Source of the DNA: Eledone cirrhosa
Taxonomy: Eukaryota
Direction of reading: 5' to 3'
DNA length: 64,000 nt
Assembly: GCA_964016885.1 (NCBI GenBank)
Contig: OZ024742.1
Span: 269,700,001-269,764,000 of the forward strand
The notes beneath the pieces are model-generated. The model was not told the DNA's origin, ran no database searches, and saw nothing but the letters and a program-made list of their open reading frames with translations. Positions 50,678 to 64,000 of this stretch are shown here, piece after piece; the stretch's first letter is position 1, and the number at the start of each line of letters is the position of its first letter. The translations under genes and the position numbers were made by a program.

Positions 50678-51128
50678 AAAGAGATGAAATCGAAAATGCA
50701 ACTGGAGTCTTATTTTTTTTTTAAATATATATATTTATTTGGTTCCTTTACAACAACAACCCCCACCCCCCCCTCTTATTTGAAGAACTAATGTAACGCG
50801 AACTGGCGCGAAATTTATTATAATTATTGACAAACCAATCAAATTACTTCTCGAAAAACCTGGCATTTCGAGCCACTTTTTCCATATAAAACAAGTAACA
50901 TTCAGAGACCAACCAGATGTGAGAAAAATCACAGACCCTCCATCTCAACTCACCTTTTGAAAAGCAGAAGAACTGCGAAACCGGTAAAGGAACCAAATAA
51001 ATATATATATTTTAAAAAAAAATAAGACTCCAGTTGCATTTTCGATTTCATCTCTTTTTCTTTATACTTTCACTCGTGTAGGACACCTCGGTTATTTTTC
51101 ATTTTGTAAAAAAACCCTCACTTTCTAA
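50674..51128 (+). mobile_element. pLTR with short inverted arm; HHR at 50953-50990
   Basis: Same family and same two arm ends as 24642-25000 but a different junction. Confidence 0.8.
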
Positions 51129-51203
51129 TATATATATATATATATATATATGTGTATATATTGTTATGCTTTGGAGCGTCATGTTGCTAAACAAATTCAG
51201 AAA

Positions 51204-51297
<94 letters not shown>

Positions 51298-51678
51298 TAT
51301 ATATACGATTAATTGGAAAGATTTGAAGCGATGAGTGTATATGAATATTCGTAAAATTTGAGTATTCTCAGCACGAAAGTTACCCTTTACTAACTGTATA
51401 CTATCTAATAGTAACATATTTTGGGTGCTTAAGATATGAGCACAAATCGAAAGGAGAGAGTAAGAGAGAGAGATAGAGAGAAACATAGAGATAGAGAGAA
51501 AGAGGATGAGAATTGAGGGTGTTAGAGAGAGAGAGAGGGAAGAAGACGAGAGAAGGAAATGTGAACTAAAAGGTTGGAGAGATGGATAGAAATATGGAGG
51601 GAATAGATTAACAAGAACAAAGTACTTATCGTTATTTGGATCGTCACCTCCCCTATCAATAATCAATATATATAATTA

Positions 51679-52304
51679 CTAGATAACCCGTGTCCCGTTG
51701 GGTCACGTTCTCTTCAAAATATTTTTCTTAAAATCATGTTCACTTAAAAATAATTTCACTAAATAATTAAAATAATTTCACTAAATAATTAAAATATAGA
51801 CAGACATGTATATAATGTGAAGTGAAACTGGAACGCCCATATATATACGTGTGGGTATGTATATATATATATATAAATGTGTGTGCTTGTATATATGTAT
51901 ATGTAATATATATATGATCTATATACTCTGGGCATAGACACACACACACACATATATATGTATACACACACACACACACACATATATATACTGTATACAA
52001 CAACACCACCACCAGCTCTATTTCTTCCACTCCCCTTCTCTGTCTCCTCTCCCTCTCCTTTCTCTTTCAATCTACTGTCTCACAACCACTATCTCTTTCT
52101 CTCCATCCTTTCTCTCACTGTTCATGAAGGTACATACACAACCCCATATCTCAGGAACACGAACTCGATTTACGTGAAATTGTTTTATTCCAGTTGTATT
52201 CCCATTTCAGGGGCAACTTCCTTTCAAAATATGTTCCCATTATGCGCCCATTTGGCTGTATTACATTACAAACAAGCAATCATAGACTTTTAGTAATATA
52301 TAGA
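51679..52304 (-). mobile_element. Non-autonomous Helitron
   Basis: Minus 5' A|TCTATATATTACT; 3' hairpin cgtgaccc aac gggacacg then CTAG|T. Confidence 0.8.
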
Positions 52305-52556
52305 TATATATATAACAAGGAGGGTGTGGTAAAATACCATGTGGACATATAACGCACCAGGGTACTCAATACTAAGGGTGTAGAGTGGGTAATAGGAAAA
52401 GAGTAAGGAGCCGACGTCTGGGCTCCGGCCTTTTCGCCATCTAAATCGGAACTAAGCCAACATTATAGGTTTGATTCTCATGTTATACTGGTGGCTCAGT
52501 TACTATCTAGATGTCGAAACGGCTTGAGCTCAGTCGTCGAGGTACTAACTCTTTTC

Positions 52557-52600
<44 letters not shown>

Positions 52601-52603
<3 letters not shown>

Positions 52604-52992
52604 ATGTATGGTAGTATATTTGGCAATATAATGTATGTTTAATTAAAGACATTTTGAAGACCTTGCGCTATTATTTTAAAGTAGTGATATGACACTTACT
52701 GCTTTTTTCAGTAAAGGAAGGGGGATGAGCTGACAGATCTGGTTCTCACTGTTGGTGTTCATCAAAGCCTAGCATTCGCCGATCTTCGCCGAAAATTATA
52801 TAGGCTGGATTCTTATAGAATTCAAGTAATAATGAGGAACTGATTATACAGAGCGATTGCCGGTCCAGCAAAAATCGAAAATTAGGATTGGTGCTCTGGA
52901 ATAGCGATGTATACATGAATGTATGTATAGTGTATTTGGCAATATAGTGTATGTTTAATTAAAAACATTTTGAAGACCTTGCGGTATTATTT

Positions 52993-52994
<2 letters not shown>
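52601..52994 (-). mobile_element. Retrozyme family A' (~315 bp), 1.2 copies
   Basis: Minus HHR-like TTGATGA acac..gtga GAAC CAGATCTG TC agct at 52728-52769 (degenerate). Confidence 0.65.
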
Positions 52995-53028
<34 letters not shown>

Positions 53029-53055
53029 CACATATACACACATATATATATATAT

Positions 53056-53121
<66 letters not shown>

Positions 53122-53805
53122 GGATTTAAATGGATACAGTTCAGTTAAAAGGAATTTATTGACACGTGTTTCAATAACAGTTACATAACCTGAAAACAGC
53201 TGCTATCTACAAAGTATTAATTATGCAGACATTCAATATTTCAGTGTTATTATCAACTGTCATTTCATCAGAATAATTTTATTGAGAACCTGTTTGGTTT
53301 TTATAGAGAATATTAAGAGGGAGGGGTGAAGAATAGTTAAGGGAGTGGATAGAGAATTTTTTTGATAGCAGTGCGAATTTATGGTAGCAGTGAGTAATTA
53401 GATTCCCATCTGTTGTTTTGACATTTTTATAGAATACATTAATTGGCGTTGGTTATTTTTCTAAATCTATAGAAGTATTAGAGATAGTAAAGATATGCAT
53501 GGTTGGTTTTGTGTTTGCACTTAATTAACATACAGACTTAAATTTTTCTTTCAAGTGTACGTATCCGTTCGCCCACACATTCACACACAAACATATATGC
53601 ACACCTCTACAAAATACATACACTCACATACACGTACTTACATGCTCATACCTACATACATATATACCTGCACATATATATATATACATATATATACATA
53701 TATATATGTACATTCATACGCATTCATGTATATACATTTTCATACTCAACTTATCTTCATATACACACGTATAGGCACACACATATATACATACATACTC
53801 CTGTC

Positions 53806-53837
<32 letters not shown>

Positions 53838-54114
53838 AAACTTTAATACATGAATACACATACATCTAACTATACACATCAAACATATATATATATTTAC
53901 TTATTTATATACATTTTCACATATATATATATACATATGGTCGCTTTTAGACACATTCATTATAGCATATTCTCACCTATTCTCATCAGCATATCCTTCC
54001 ATTATTAGTGTGGTAATTTAAGGTTATTAATATACATATATATGTTGAGAAGAGATTGTTTTTATATTTTTCTAACTAGATTGAGGTTTATATAGTTGGG
54101 GGGATGTCCCTCTT

Positions 54115-56429
54115 TTATGTAATATTCAGCTTGTAGTGGGAAAAAAGGGTTTTAGTTCGGTGACGGCAGAATAATGTTCGTTCAATTCTGTTATTAAGCA
54201 ATTTCTTCTTGTGTGTGATTATGTAATAAATCTCAAGATTACACAATTTGCTGAAATTTTGGCTCCTGGAAAAGCTTTGGGTTTTAGCTAATTTCTCCCA
54301 TTTTAGGGTAAACTTTTGATCGCTATCCCTGAGCGTCCAAGCTTTTCTGCTAAAATTGTTACATTTCTTTGGCTCTGGTGTTTTATGGAGTAAGAATGCC
54401 TATATAATCGAGATTTACACGATGTTGCCATTGATCCCACGTAATACCACTCGTTGCCTCCAGATTCAATGGTACACTTATAGATGATATTTTTTTCCAG
54501 GCAGTTATTGCCGAGGGGGCAATTGTCAGGATAGGTGCAGTTACAGTTGTGTACGTTGGTTTTGTAGTTAGGTTTACTCTGGAGTAGTATTGCGAATAAC
54601 TTAGGTGTGGTTTATTTATGTTCTGTAGTGTATTGTCTACTGTTTTTTTGTGTTCTTTGTACTTAAGTTTTTAATGTTTTCGTTTAACCTTCTAGTATTG
54701 ATCTTTTTTATGTGTTATTCGAGGTTTAACGCTGTAGAGTATGACAGTCTTATAGTGGTAGGGTTTAGGATTGTGTGGTATTTGTGTGATGTAGGAATAT
54801 GTCTCTTAACTATTTTAAAGAAGAGTACTGGTAGATTTGTACTAATGGAACTATTGTATTCAGGGTTATACCATAAGTACTCTTTGCATCGCTTTCTATT
54901 AGTTTTGTTTGTTGGTTTACTGGTGTGTATACTATGGTAGTAAGTGTGGTTTGGTGTTGTGTTATTATATCTACCTATGTGGGATTTATTTTGGGTGTTT
55001 TGATTGTTTTCATATACTCTATTTTGTTGAGGTAGCCTGCTTTACTAAGGGCGTTATCGTAGTACTCGGCGTGTTCCTTAAATACTTGTTTGTTAGAAGA
55101 TAGACCCGAGATTCTAAGGGAAATATTTTTAGGGATAGATTTAATTATAGAGATGGGGTAGTTAGACCCAACATTTACGTACTTGAGATTTTCATTCAAC
55201 TTATGAAACGGTTTAATCAGACCAGAGTTTAAATTGAGTGTGACATCCAGGAAGTTAACTACTTTAAGGTTGTATTCATATGTTATAGTTAGTCCTATTT
55301 CAAGTAGTAGTTTTCTTATATCTTTGCGTAGTTTTTCTAGTTTTTGGTTAGTTAGGTTTTTAACTAGGAGGAGAACATCGCGCGGTATATTCCACCGTGG
55401 AGATAACTGAATTTTTCCTGGAGTCTAAAGGCGATCAATAACCCCACAATATCAGTTATTTCCGCCGAATCGTTAGAGCCCATTGTTATGTCACAGTTAG
55501 AGGGTCTATTTTTACGAACCCAGTAACTGTTCTCAAATTTGACTATAGTTTTCCTAGCTTCTTAATTTCTTCGTTTGTAAGGTCAGAGTTATCCTTAGCA
55601 AACTTAATGGCTCTATTCAGAGTTTCAGGTGATATCGATGAGTAATATTCGTCGATATCAAACTGGATAAACTTAGATTTATTTTTATTGCTAATGCTAT
55701 TAAACCATCTTATTGCTTCTTGGGTCTTCCCCCAGAGTTTAATGTTAACCTTAGCCTTAATTTGGGGGATGATTCTATCTAAGTTATATTTGCTTATTTT
55801 ACCTATATCTGATTTAGAGGGGCAGATTAATCTAATTTTAGGGTCATTATCAAAGTTTACCTTATGGTCCTTAAGATTGAAGGTGGGTACCGCCGGTAAG
55901 AGTGGTCCTGTCCTATCTTCGATTCCGAGATTTGTCACGATTTCGCATGCCTCATCATTGATGTGCTTAAGTGTTACTTCACTCGTTTTTCTTTATTTGT
56001 ATGTAATTCTTTTCGAATGAAGGTGTTGTATGTCGTGTAGTCCATAGTAAACATGTTAGATGTTTTGTCCGCTTTTACTACAATTCCTTTGGTGTTTTTA
56101 AGGTCATCCAGTAGTTTTTTAATATCTTTCTGCAGTTTGTTGTTGGTGTTACGTCCTTTGAATTTAATTTTAAGGATTAAGTCCATAAGGTCCTGCTCAA
56201 ATGCATCTAATAGTGGGTTAGTGGGTGGGTTTTTACACGTTTTAAAACACAATTTGTTGTTTACACCACTTTCTGATGGTGAGTTCATACGGCTTCTATC
56301 ATAGTGGAGCGTTTTCCACCTGACACGTCGAATGAATTCATTTGTTTTTTGTATCATACTCAATAAGTATTCCTTTCTACCTTGGGTTGGTATGTTTTTG
56401 AGTGACATATCCAGGTAGTGCTTTTCCAT
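54115..56429 (-). pseudogene. PLE ORF: RT, CxCx5Cx5C linker, GIY-YIG (frameshifted)
   Basis: SLKNIP, KADKTSN, LKDHKVNF..PKIRLICPSKS, FIQFDIDEYYSSI, TMGSNDSAEI, CNCTYPDNCPLGNNCL, IIYKC...YYVGS. Confidence 0.9.
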
Positions 56430-56549
56430 TGTTGTGGTTACGTTTGCTGTGTGTGTTGCTCAACTTTACAGGAGGTAAATATATAGTATTTTCCGTAGTG
56501 TTGTCCCTCTTAATATTCTCTATAAAAACCAAACAGGTTCTCAATAAAA

Positions 56550-56670
56550 TTATTCTGATGAAATGACAGTTGATAATAACACTGAAATATTGAATGTCTG
56601 CATAATTAATACTTTGTAGATAGAAGCTGTTTTCAGGTTATGTAACTGTTATTGAAACACGTGTCAATAA
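56550..56670 (+). ncRNA. pLTR type I hammerhead with enlarged loop II
   Basis: ttatt CTGATGA aatgacagtt [~72 nt] aactgttatt GAAA CACGTG TC aataa; mirror copy 53156-53276 (-). Confidence 0.82.
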
Positions 56671-56814
56671 ATTCCTTTTAACTGAACTGTATCCATTTAA
56701 ATCCTTCTATTTTCTCCGGATTACTTTTGAAACTACAACTGGAACAGTCGAGCAAACTCTACGTGAGGTGTCCATCTACTGTGTGTAATATTCATATTAC
56801 AACACTACGGAAAA

Positions 56815-56859
<45 letters not shown>

Positions 56860-56862
<3 letters not shown>

Positions 56863-57727
56863 TACCGAGAATCGTATTTAAGCTCAGGAATTAACGAAAA
56901 ACAACTTCCGAGATGTGTGGCAAGCGCTCGATGATTCATATGAATCAGAGCTGCAACATACGTTAAGGGCCAAATACACTGAGATGGTGGTTAAACTAAT
57001 CATCCGCACAGCCAAAAAAAAACGACCAAGTAATTCGGGTGAAACAATAAAAATATATGTGATTGAAAATTTACCCAGACCCCTGGACGGTTTGTAAAAT
57101 CTAGTATTTGGGTTCCTGCGACTCCATAAATCAAATAATGTCCGCTTACATAAAGAATGTTAGGCCTCTGGTAAGATGATTGAACAAGGAAGCCGTATTA
57201 TCAACGGGTTTTTGCTCAAATGCTATACATAAGTGTGACTATTACTGACCCCACGTGGAGTTCAGCAAGGGAGCCAACACTTATATTAGGCGAATGAATT
57301 CAGTGTATAATATTGCGAGAATGCAAAATATCACAAATCGAATAAAGCTCTCGACAGAATGGTTAAATATAACAAAGCTATTCAACAGTCAATAGAATCA
57401 ACTAAAAAAATCAATAAAATTAACTGGTCAATAGCTAGACTCTGGAGATTAATACAAATATCAATTAGCGAGAATCGTATTTCAGCTCAGGAATTAACGA
57501 AAAACAACTTCCGAGACGTGTGGCAAGCGCTCGATGGTCCATATGAATCAGAGCTACAACATACGTTAAGGGCCAAACACACTGAGATGGTGGTTAAACT
57601 AATCATCCGCACAGCCAAAAAAAACGACAAAGTAATTCGGGTCAAACAATAAAAATATATGTGATTGAAAATTTACCCGGACCCCTGGACGGTTAGTAAC
57701 ATCCAATATTTGGGTTCCTGCGACTCT
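56860..57727. repeat. ~603 bp tandem repeat, 1.4 copies, between TA runs
   Basis: 56861-57125 repeated at 57464-57727; no HHR recognised. Confidence 0.8.
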
Positions 57728-57788
57728 ATATATATATATTAAAATACAAATATTAATAGAATAGATGTTCTTTTGATCAATTACATTT

Positions 57789-57836
57789 TATTATACATAT
57801 TTCGGATGTACAACAGTACGTCCTCATCAGACAACA
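57789..57836 (-). ncRNA. Hammerhead-like motif in a pLTR end
   Basis: tgttgt CTGATGA ggacgtac tgtt gtacatcc GAAA TATG TA taata; stem I register uncertain. Confidence 0.6.
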
Positions 57837-58085
57837 TATAATGATACATAGAGCCAAAAGCTTACTTAAACACAAAAACGTGAGCCGTCCATATATTCGA
57901 CGCACAGGAACAGATTTATGTTGCAATTCCGTTCACCCGTACGAGTATAGGAAAGTTGCAGCCGGCTGTTATTATTCAAGCGTTAAATAAGGAGGTCTTC
58001 TTGCATATGTATTTGGTTTTCATATTCATTTTAATATTATCTTATTATGTTTTGTTGTTGCTTTTTATTATATTTTGACACCGAG

Positions 58086-58276
58086 GGCGGTGAATTGGCA
58101 GTATCAGTAGAGGGTCGGACGTCATGCTTTGACGCATAGAGTTACGTCCCTTGCTATTCTGATTTCAAATCCCGCCGAGGTTAACTTTACCTTTCATCCT
58201 TACGAGGTCGATAAAATAAAGAACCAGTAATGCACTGGGAAATTTGCTGGCCTTGTGCCAAAAGTAGAAACAATTA
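58086..58276 (+). mobile_element. tRNA-derived SINE
   Basis: ggcggtgaattggcagtatcagtagag head and shared core. Confidence 0.82.
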
Positions 58277-59352
58277 TATTTTGACATCGGTTAATAGAGG
58301 GAGAGGGGAGGGATTAAGAGCAAGTGACTCAGATCGACAACAAAGTGACACAAGAGACGAATACGATTAAGTGAATATAAAATAATCAAAACCTATCAGC
58401 CCAATTTGTTTCCTAGATTACAATTAAAATTTCTTAGTAAACGAACAAATGTAACATCATGTAGAACATTATTAACACAACTACTACTGTATACTACATT
58501 GTACACAGCAGGCGTGAGAGTGACGGTAAAACGAATAACAATAGCAGTATTACATCAACAATTGTCTCTAAATTTGCAAATGGCCAGCAATTTGAAGTAA
58601 AGGAGAAAGTTGATTAAACTGAGACCAGTGCATGAATGGTATTTTATTTTTGTCGACTTCAGAATGATGAAAGGCAAATACTAATATAGTTTTGCAAGGT
58701 TTCTCTAACAATTGGTGGCTAGGTGAAGCATTAATTGACATCAGATCCGTACCTGATATCAGCGGATCAATATATCGCGTAGGATTCTGGCAGTACCAAT
58801 GAAGGTAGAAATTTGGGCGCTGTCAATTAAGTCAGGGACCGCATTGTTTTTTAATGGAAAACGTTAGGCGTTTAGTTACCGTGCCTAGCGCCCCACAGAC
58901 GATTGGTCCAAATTCTATCTCTCCATGTTGCTCAGTTCTAATAACGCCTTCAATGTCTGCAAACGTATTCATTTTTTCATTTTGTTTTCAGCCACATTTT
59001 GGGCTTAAGGGACCTCAATACCAATTAAAGGACATTTAAAGTTTGTTATTGTTCTCACAACAATATCAGTGTTTTTGAATTGGACATTGTGATGTGTTGA
59101 TCTCGAAGTCCCAAAATAACTCAACACCCACTCGAGAGATAGGATTCAAGCGGAGTATATTCATACCACAGACATTGCGTTTCGGTGTTGTATTGTTTGC
59201 ACAACTCCCAATGAACTATTTTTGCTAAAAGATCATGCCGGATATAGTACCATCATTTTGCTAATTCCCCACATCCACTAGCAATATTGTCCAACGATGT
59301 CAGATTTTGCCTAAGTGAATCTGGGTGCCTGTACTTCAGCGGCAGTAATAAA

Positions 59353-59384
<32 letters not shown>

Positions 59385-59397
59385 CAACAATAATGCT

Positions 59398-61480
59398 TTC
59401 TTTATTAACCACAAGGGTTGACAGAAAGTATAACATTAAGGAGAGGAGAGGACAATGCTCGACGGTACAAATGGGCATTTCTGCGTGAAAATAACAAAAT
59501 CAGAGGATGTAAAAAAGAAACAAAAGAAATGAAAAATTCCCCAATAGTGGGGAAAATTTCGAGGGTCGCTGGAGGAGAAAGCCCGCCACTCGGGCCCATT
59601 GAACGGCTTTCGTCCCCTCGTGTCTGAGAGCACGCACCCTAGCTCTAACAAAGCACCCTTCGTGCTTTGCATTGAAGAATTGGTCAAGGGCCAATTTCGC
59701 CGCAAGTACGTCGGTCGCGATGCCTTTACTAAGTGCCTCGTCTAATTTTCTAACTAGTTCTCCCTCTACTCTATTTTTCTTGATTGCTAAAGCTTTAATA
59801 AATCTAATGGACACTATTCTAATCGCTGTTTTAAAAGCAAGCCACCATTTGCTGTTGATGATGGGCCCCATCAACGCCCGCTTAACTAGTCCGCTAATCC
59901 GGTCGCTGTTAATGACGCTTTTAGCTTCCAGTAGCCGGGTCCCTGTCTATGAAGCCTATCTAAGTCAACCTCATAGATCACAAATTTGTGGACCGTGTAG
60001 TCGACTATTTTGAAGTGTGGACAGCCTAAGCTTAACCTATCTATTTCCCTACAAAATACCCTATCTAGATATGATCTGGATGACCCTATGCGATTTGTCC
60101 AAGTCCACATTGGCACATTCGGGAAAATCAGACGGTACCTGTCAGACAGTTGAAACCGTCTGATCGGGTTTTCGAGGCTTTTACACAATCCTCCCCTATC
60201 CGCTAATCCCACAGAGTCCCAGCGTACATCTAAGATCCCGTTCCAGTCACCCACTAACACTAAAGAGCGGGACGTTCCAAGAAAGGTCTCCAGACGTCCG
60301 AATTAATCAGGCCGCCCTGCTACTGTCGGGGCATAGACGGCCACTAGACTGAATGCTTTCCCGTCTCCACTGGTCATGTCTAGCACTAACAAATTACCTT
60401 CTGGGTCCAGGAAGATGGCCCGTATGGCGAGATCCAAACCTCTCCGAAAAAAGCACAGCGACACCTCCCCCCCCCCCATCATCGGGGACGGCTGGGAGAT
60501 GCTTACACATCGTAACCGCCGAAGATCGGTGCGAAGGCCCGTGCTTCGGAGATTCAGGTCTCGCTGATGGCCACCACATCTATGTTTAGTGACCTGAGGT
60601 CGTTGAGAAGGTCGCCCTGCCTCCATGACGACCCAAGGCCACGCGCATTTATGCTGCCTATTCTGAGTGAGGTCATGTTGAAAAGGAGTGGAAAAAGATG
60701 GGAAAGACCACTTACCTCACTTCTCGTAGAGGAAGAATGGTTCTTCCATCCTTCTCACTGCCTGTGGCCTCCTCCGGAAAGATGTCCTTATAAATCCTCC
60801 TGGAAAGTGTTTATGGGAAGTCTCCGATGCCTTTGGGGAATTTCAATTTTAGTGTCGTGTACGTTTTCTGCGTGATGCGAGTCATTTGTATCTGTGGAAG
60901 TGGTGTGAATTTTTGGGGTATTGTGCAGTCTTATTCTGTGATGCTGTGTTGTGTAGGATGTAGTGTAATAATTGGTTGTTGTTCAAATTTAATGTTGTGT
61001 AGTGTGTATCGTTTTGGTTGTTTTGTTTTGTTTGCGTTTGTTGTGGGTTTGGTTTTGTTTCGCTTTTTGTTTATTTTTGTGGTGTTGGTGATGGTGGTGT
61101 TGGGGTTAATGATGGTGATGGTGTTGGTTTTTGTGGTGATGCGGCTGGGGATGCTGGTGTGGATGGTGCATAGCTGTCTTTACGTTTTTGTTTATTTTCT
61201 TATTTGTTTACCCCTGCATTTTGTTTTTGTAGAGCGAATGAAGAGGAGTTTTTCTTTTTGGGGTTCTTTTTTTTTCTTTTTTTTCTGATACGTTTTACCA
61301 CTCCTCCTATCTCCAGTTGCGATAGGTGAGGGAGTGGAAAAATCCTCCACATGCCTTGGTTTTGGTGGTGGATGGTGGAGGCGCTGGGGCTATTTCTGGC
61401 GCGGTGGGTGGTGGTGGTGTTGGTTTTGCTACTGTTGCCGGCGTCGTACTGCTACAGTTGCTACTGGTACCGTCCTACAC
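59398..61480 (-). mobile_element. Tx1/L1-like LINE, internally deleted (ORF1 end, APE endonuclease, 3' UTR)
   Basis: SINARGL, AVYAP, VGDWN, SYLDRVF, YWKL; jumps at ~59580 to a 3' UTR with AATAAA next to an (AAT)n tract. Confidence 0.8.
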
Positions 61481-61481
61481 G

Positions 61482-64000
61482 TCACAGCAGCTGTTCGACA
61501 TAAACCCACAAGTCAGCAATGCTCGAACACTGGACGAGTGCGTGCAGGACGGTTTCGTCGCCCTGCGCGCATCTCGGACATGCCCGGCTGACGGCACCTC
61601 CATACCTGTAGAGTTTATCCCGAACTGGCAAATCTCCTCGGTAACACTGCCAGGCCAGGGATTTCTGGAAGTTGTCCATAGGCCCCGGCCCGAAAGTCCT
61701 TCCGAAGAGATTGGCTAGTTTATTTTCGTCGACGCCTAGAGTTTCTCCATGTACGTCGTCGCTCTTCCACTCCACTAATCCTCTATAGAGCGCCAAGGTG
61801 GAGTTTCCACCTGTCACATTGCCCGATTGGTCGAGGGCTGTGAGCGCCTGAAGAAATTCCAGTCTCCAAGCCCTCCCTCTCGGTCTTCGCTTGACCCAGG
61901 ACTGAAGCTCCGTCAAGGAGACGAGCTGGGGAAATATGTGTCTAGCAAATAGCGACCACACCTGATCACGGTCGAGGAAGAGGTGGAGATGTCGTAGACT
62001 GAGCGCGTGTTTGCGCATCATCAGCCACGCCCTCCACGTACCGGGTGTTGACAGCAGATGGACCGCGTGACCATCGGAGCGCCACAAAAAGCGAAAGAGC
62101 AAACGCTCCAGCGCAGTCAGGCGGGGCTTAGAATAAGGTACAACGGTCAGGCGGTAGTAGTTGACGGACGCGATGCACGCGTTAGCCACGTCCGCTCGAT
62201 CTTTCAAGATAGTTTCCTCTCCGCCCATTTCTGGGCGAGAGAAGCCGCCCTGTTCGTCACCTCGACCCAGTTTTTCTCCGTCCGTCCAGTGGCCGACGAC
62301 GCTGTTTGACGGCATGTACCTGCCTCTCTAGCTGCCGAGCTGCAGGCACACTGACTTTTTCTGGTTGATCATTGCTTCTGTCACCGCTTCGTATTCTCTT
62401 AGTGTAGTGCCGATCGCCTCGATGTGTTTGGCGTTCGACACCACTATGGTGACATCGGCCGCATATGCTGACACGGATCTTCCGCATCCTAGTTCGCGCG
62501 GGACCCCTCTCAACGTCTCCAGTTTATGCAGTACTGGCTCGAGAGTCAATACGTACAAGAGTGACGAGAGGGGGACATCCTTGGCGGACCAAGCGCATGA
62601 TGTTGAACGGTTCCGAAAGGTGACCGTTCACTCTCACCACAGAGCAGATGTCGCTGTGCATGGCAGCGATCCAGCCTCTGAAGACGGGCCCAAAGCCAGC
62701 CGCCCTCAGGACTGCCGCTGGGTAACGATGGTCGACACTATCGAAAGCTTTCGACTGATCTAAATTGATCAAGGACCCACCCGTGCCAGGTTCCCTAGCT
62801 ACCCTCTCTACGATGTATCGCATGATATGGAGGTTGTCGTGGAAGGATCTGTCGGGAATGGCGCATGTCTGCGCCTCTCCCACCAGACCACCAACGACAA
62901 GCGCCAACCTCTTTGCTAGCACATTGGCCAAAATCTTGAACTCTTTTATTTAGCAGAGTTATGGGCCTGAAATTATCTATGTTATCCCCCTTTTTTCGGA
63001 TCCTTTCTCAGTAGCACCACAGCTCCTTGGCTCACAGAGCGGGGAATTCTCCCGTTCTGTTGCCAGTTGCAGTAGACGTCCGCCAAGAGGCCTCCGAACA
63101 AGTTTGGCATCTGTACGTAAAGATCATAGGGCAGACCATCCAAACCAGGCGATTTACCCCTTGTGCAGCCAGTCACTGTCTCCCGAAATTCAGCGGCTGT
63201 TTTCAGCTTTTCGCAACACTCCGCCTCACTGGCCGAGAGCTGCGACAGTCCGTCGATGTAGACACTAAAGTCCATCCCTCGATCTGGCCCGCCGCTGCAC
63301 GCGAACAGCTGTGCGAAGTGTCGCTGAAAAGCTTCACACATTTGCCCGGGTCGAGTAGCATACACCCGTCGTGGTCCACCAAAGACCGGATTGTGGCTTT
63401 GTTGCCAAGACTAGCCTCTGCCACTCGGGCTCATTGAACGGCTTTCGTTCCCTCGTGTCTGAGAGTAAGCACCCTAGCTCTAACAACGCAGACTTCGTGC
63501 TTTGCATTGAAGAATTGGTCAAGGGCCAATTTCGCCGCAAGCACGTCGGTCGCGATGCCTTTGCTAAGGGCCTCGTCTAATTTTTTAACTAGTTCTCCCT
63601 CTGCTCTATTTTTCTCTATTGCTAAAGCCTTACTAAACCTAATGAACACTATTCTAATCGCTCTTTTCAGAGCAAACCACCAATTGTTGTTGACGATATC
63701 CCCAGTCAACTAGCTTAACTAGTTCGCTAATCCGGTCCCTGAAGGCCTTGCGCGCTGGTAAGAAAGCGTTTAGATTCCAGTAGACGTGTCCTCGTCTATG
63801 TTGCCTATCTAAGTCAAGCACACAGATTACGAATTTGTGGTCCATGTAGCTGACTGTCCTGAATTGTGGACAGCCTATGCTAGACCCATCTATTTCCCTC
63901 CAAAATACTCTATCTAGATATGATCTGGATGACCCTATTCGATTTGTCGAAGTCCACATTGGCACATTCGGGAAATCCAATTGGTACCTGTCAGACAGTT
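61482..64000 (-). pseudogene. Tx1/L1-like LINE ORF2 (APE end, RT, zf-RVT), runs off window
   Basis: KSPGLDGLP, LDQSKAFDSVDH, VRQGCP, SAYAADVT, CPRC...ETVLHALVQC; frameshifted. Confidence 0.88.

Larger units (their letters stand above)
53117..56819 (-). mobile_element. Near full-length Hydra-clade-like PLE with head-to-head pLTRs
   Basis: 53117-53321 is the reverse complement of 56504-56709; right arm has a ~110 nt tail matching the 5' UTR; TA flanks. Confidence 0.92.

Noticed and set aside
52385-52560. Diverged inverted repeat with a relative at 37655-37700
   Set aside because: Probably another old foldback, but too decayed to assign

Overview
AT-rich, (TA)n/(CA)n-saturated eukaryotic DNA with no recognisable host gene. 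The SINE resembles octopod repeats, so a cephalopod origin is inferred but not proven. Almost all short ORFs in the track are microsatellite artefacts (IY/CV/HT repeats). Real content: Penelope-like retroelements (PLEs; a near full-length and two partial copies with the CxCx5Cx5C linker plus C-terminal GIY-YIG of the Hydra clade, and one Penelope/Poseidon-type partial tandem), a decayed CsRn1-type Gypsy element with a tRNA-Trp PBS, two Tx1/L1-like LINE copies, two Helitrons and tRNA-SINEs. The main signal is that the apparent satellites (310, ~320, ~420, 472 and ~480 bp units) each carry one type I hammerhead ribozyme (HHR) per monomer, i.e. they look like non-LTR retrozymes. More than 30 HHR-like motifs were read by eye, several with a compensated U3-A8 core. 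Most retrozyme arrays, the Hydra-type PLEs and many short pLTR pieces share one insertion architecture: two head-to-head arms whose 3' ends point outward into (TA)n tracts, one arm carrying an extra tail. This suggests a PLE-driven, circular-RNA-templated, (TA)n-targeted retroposition system.
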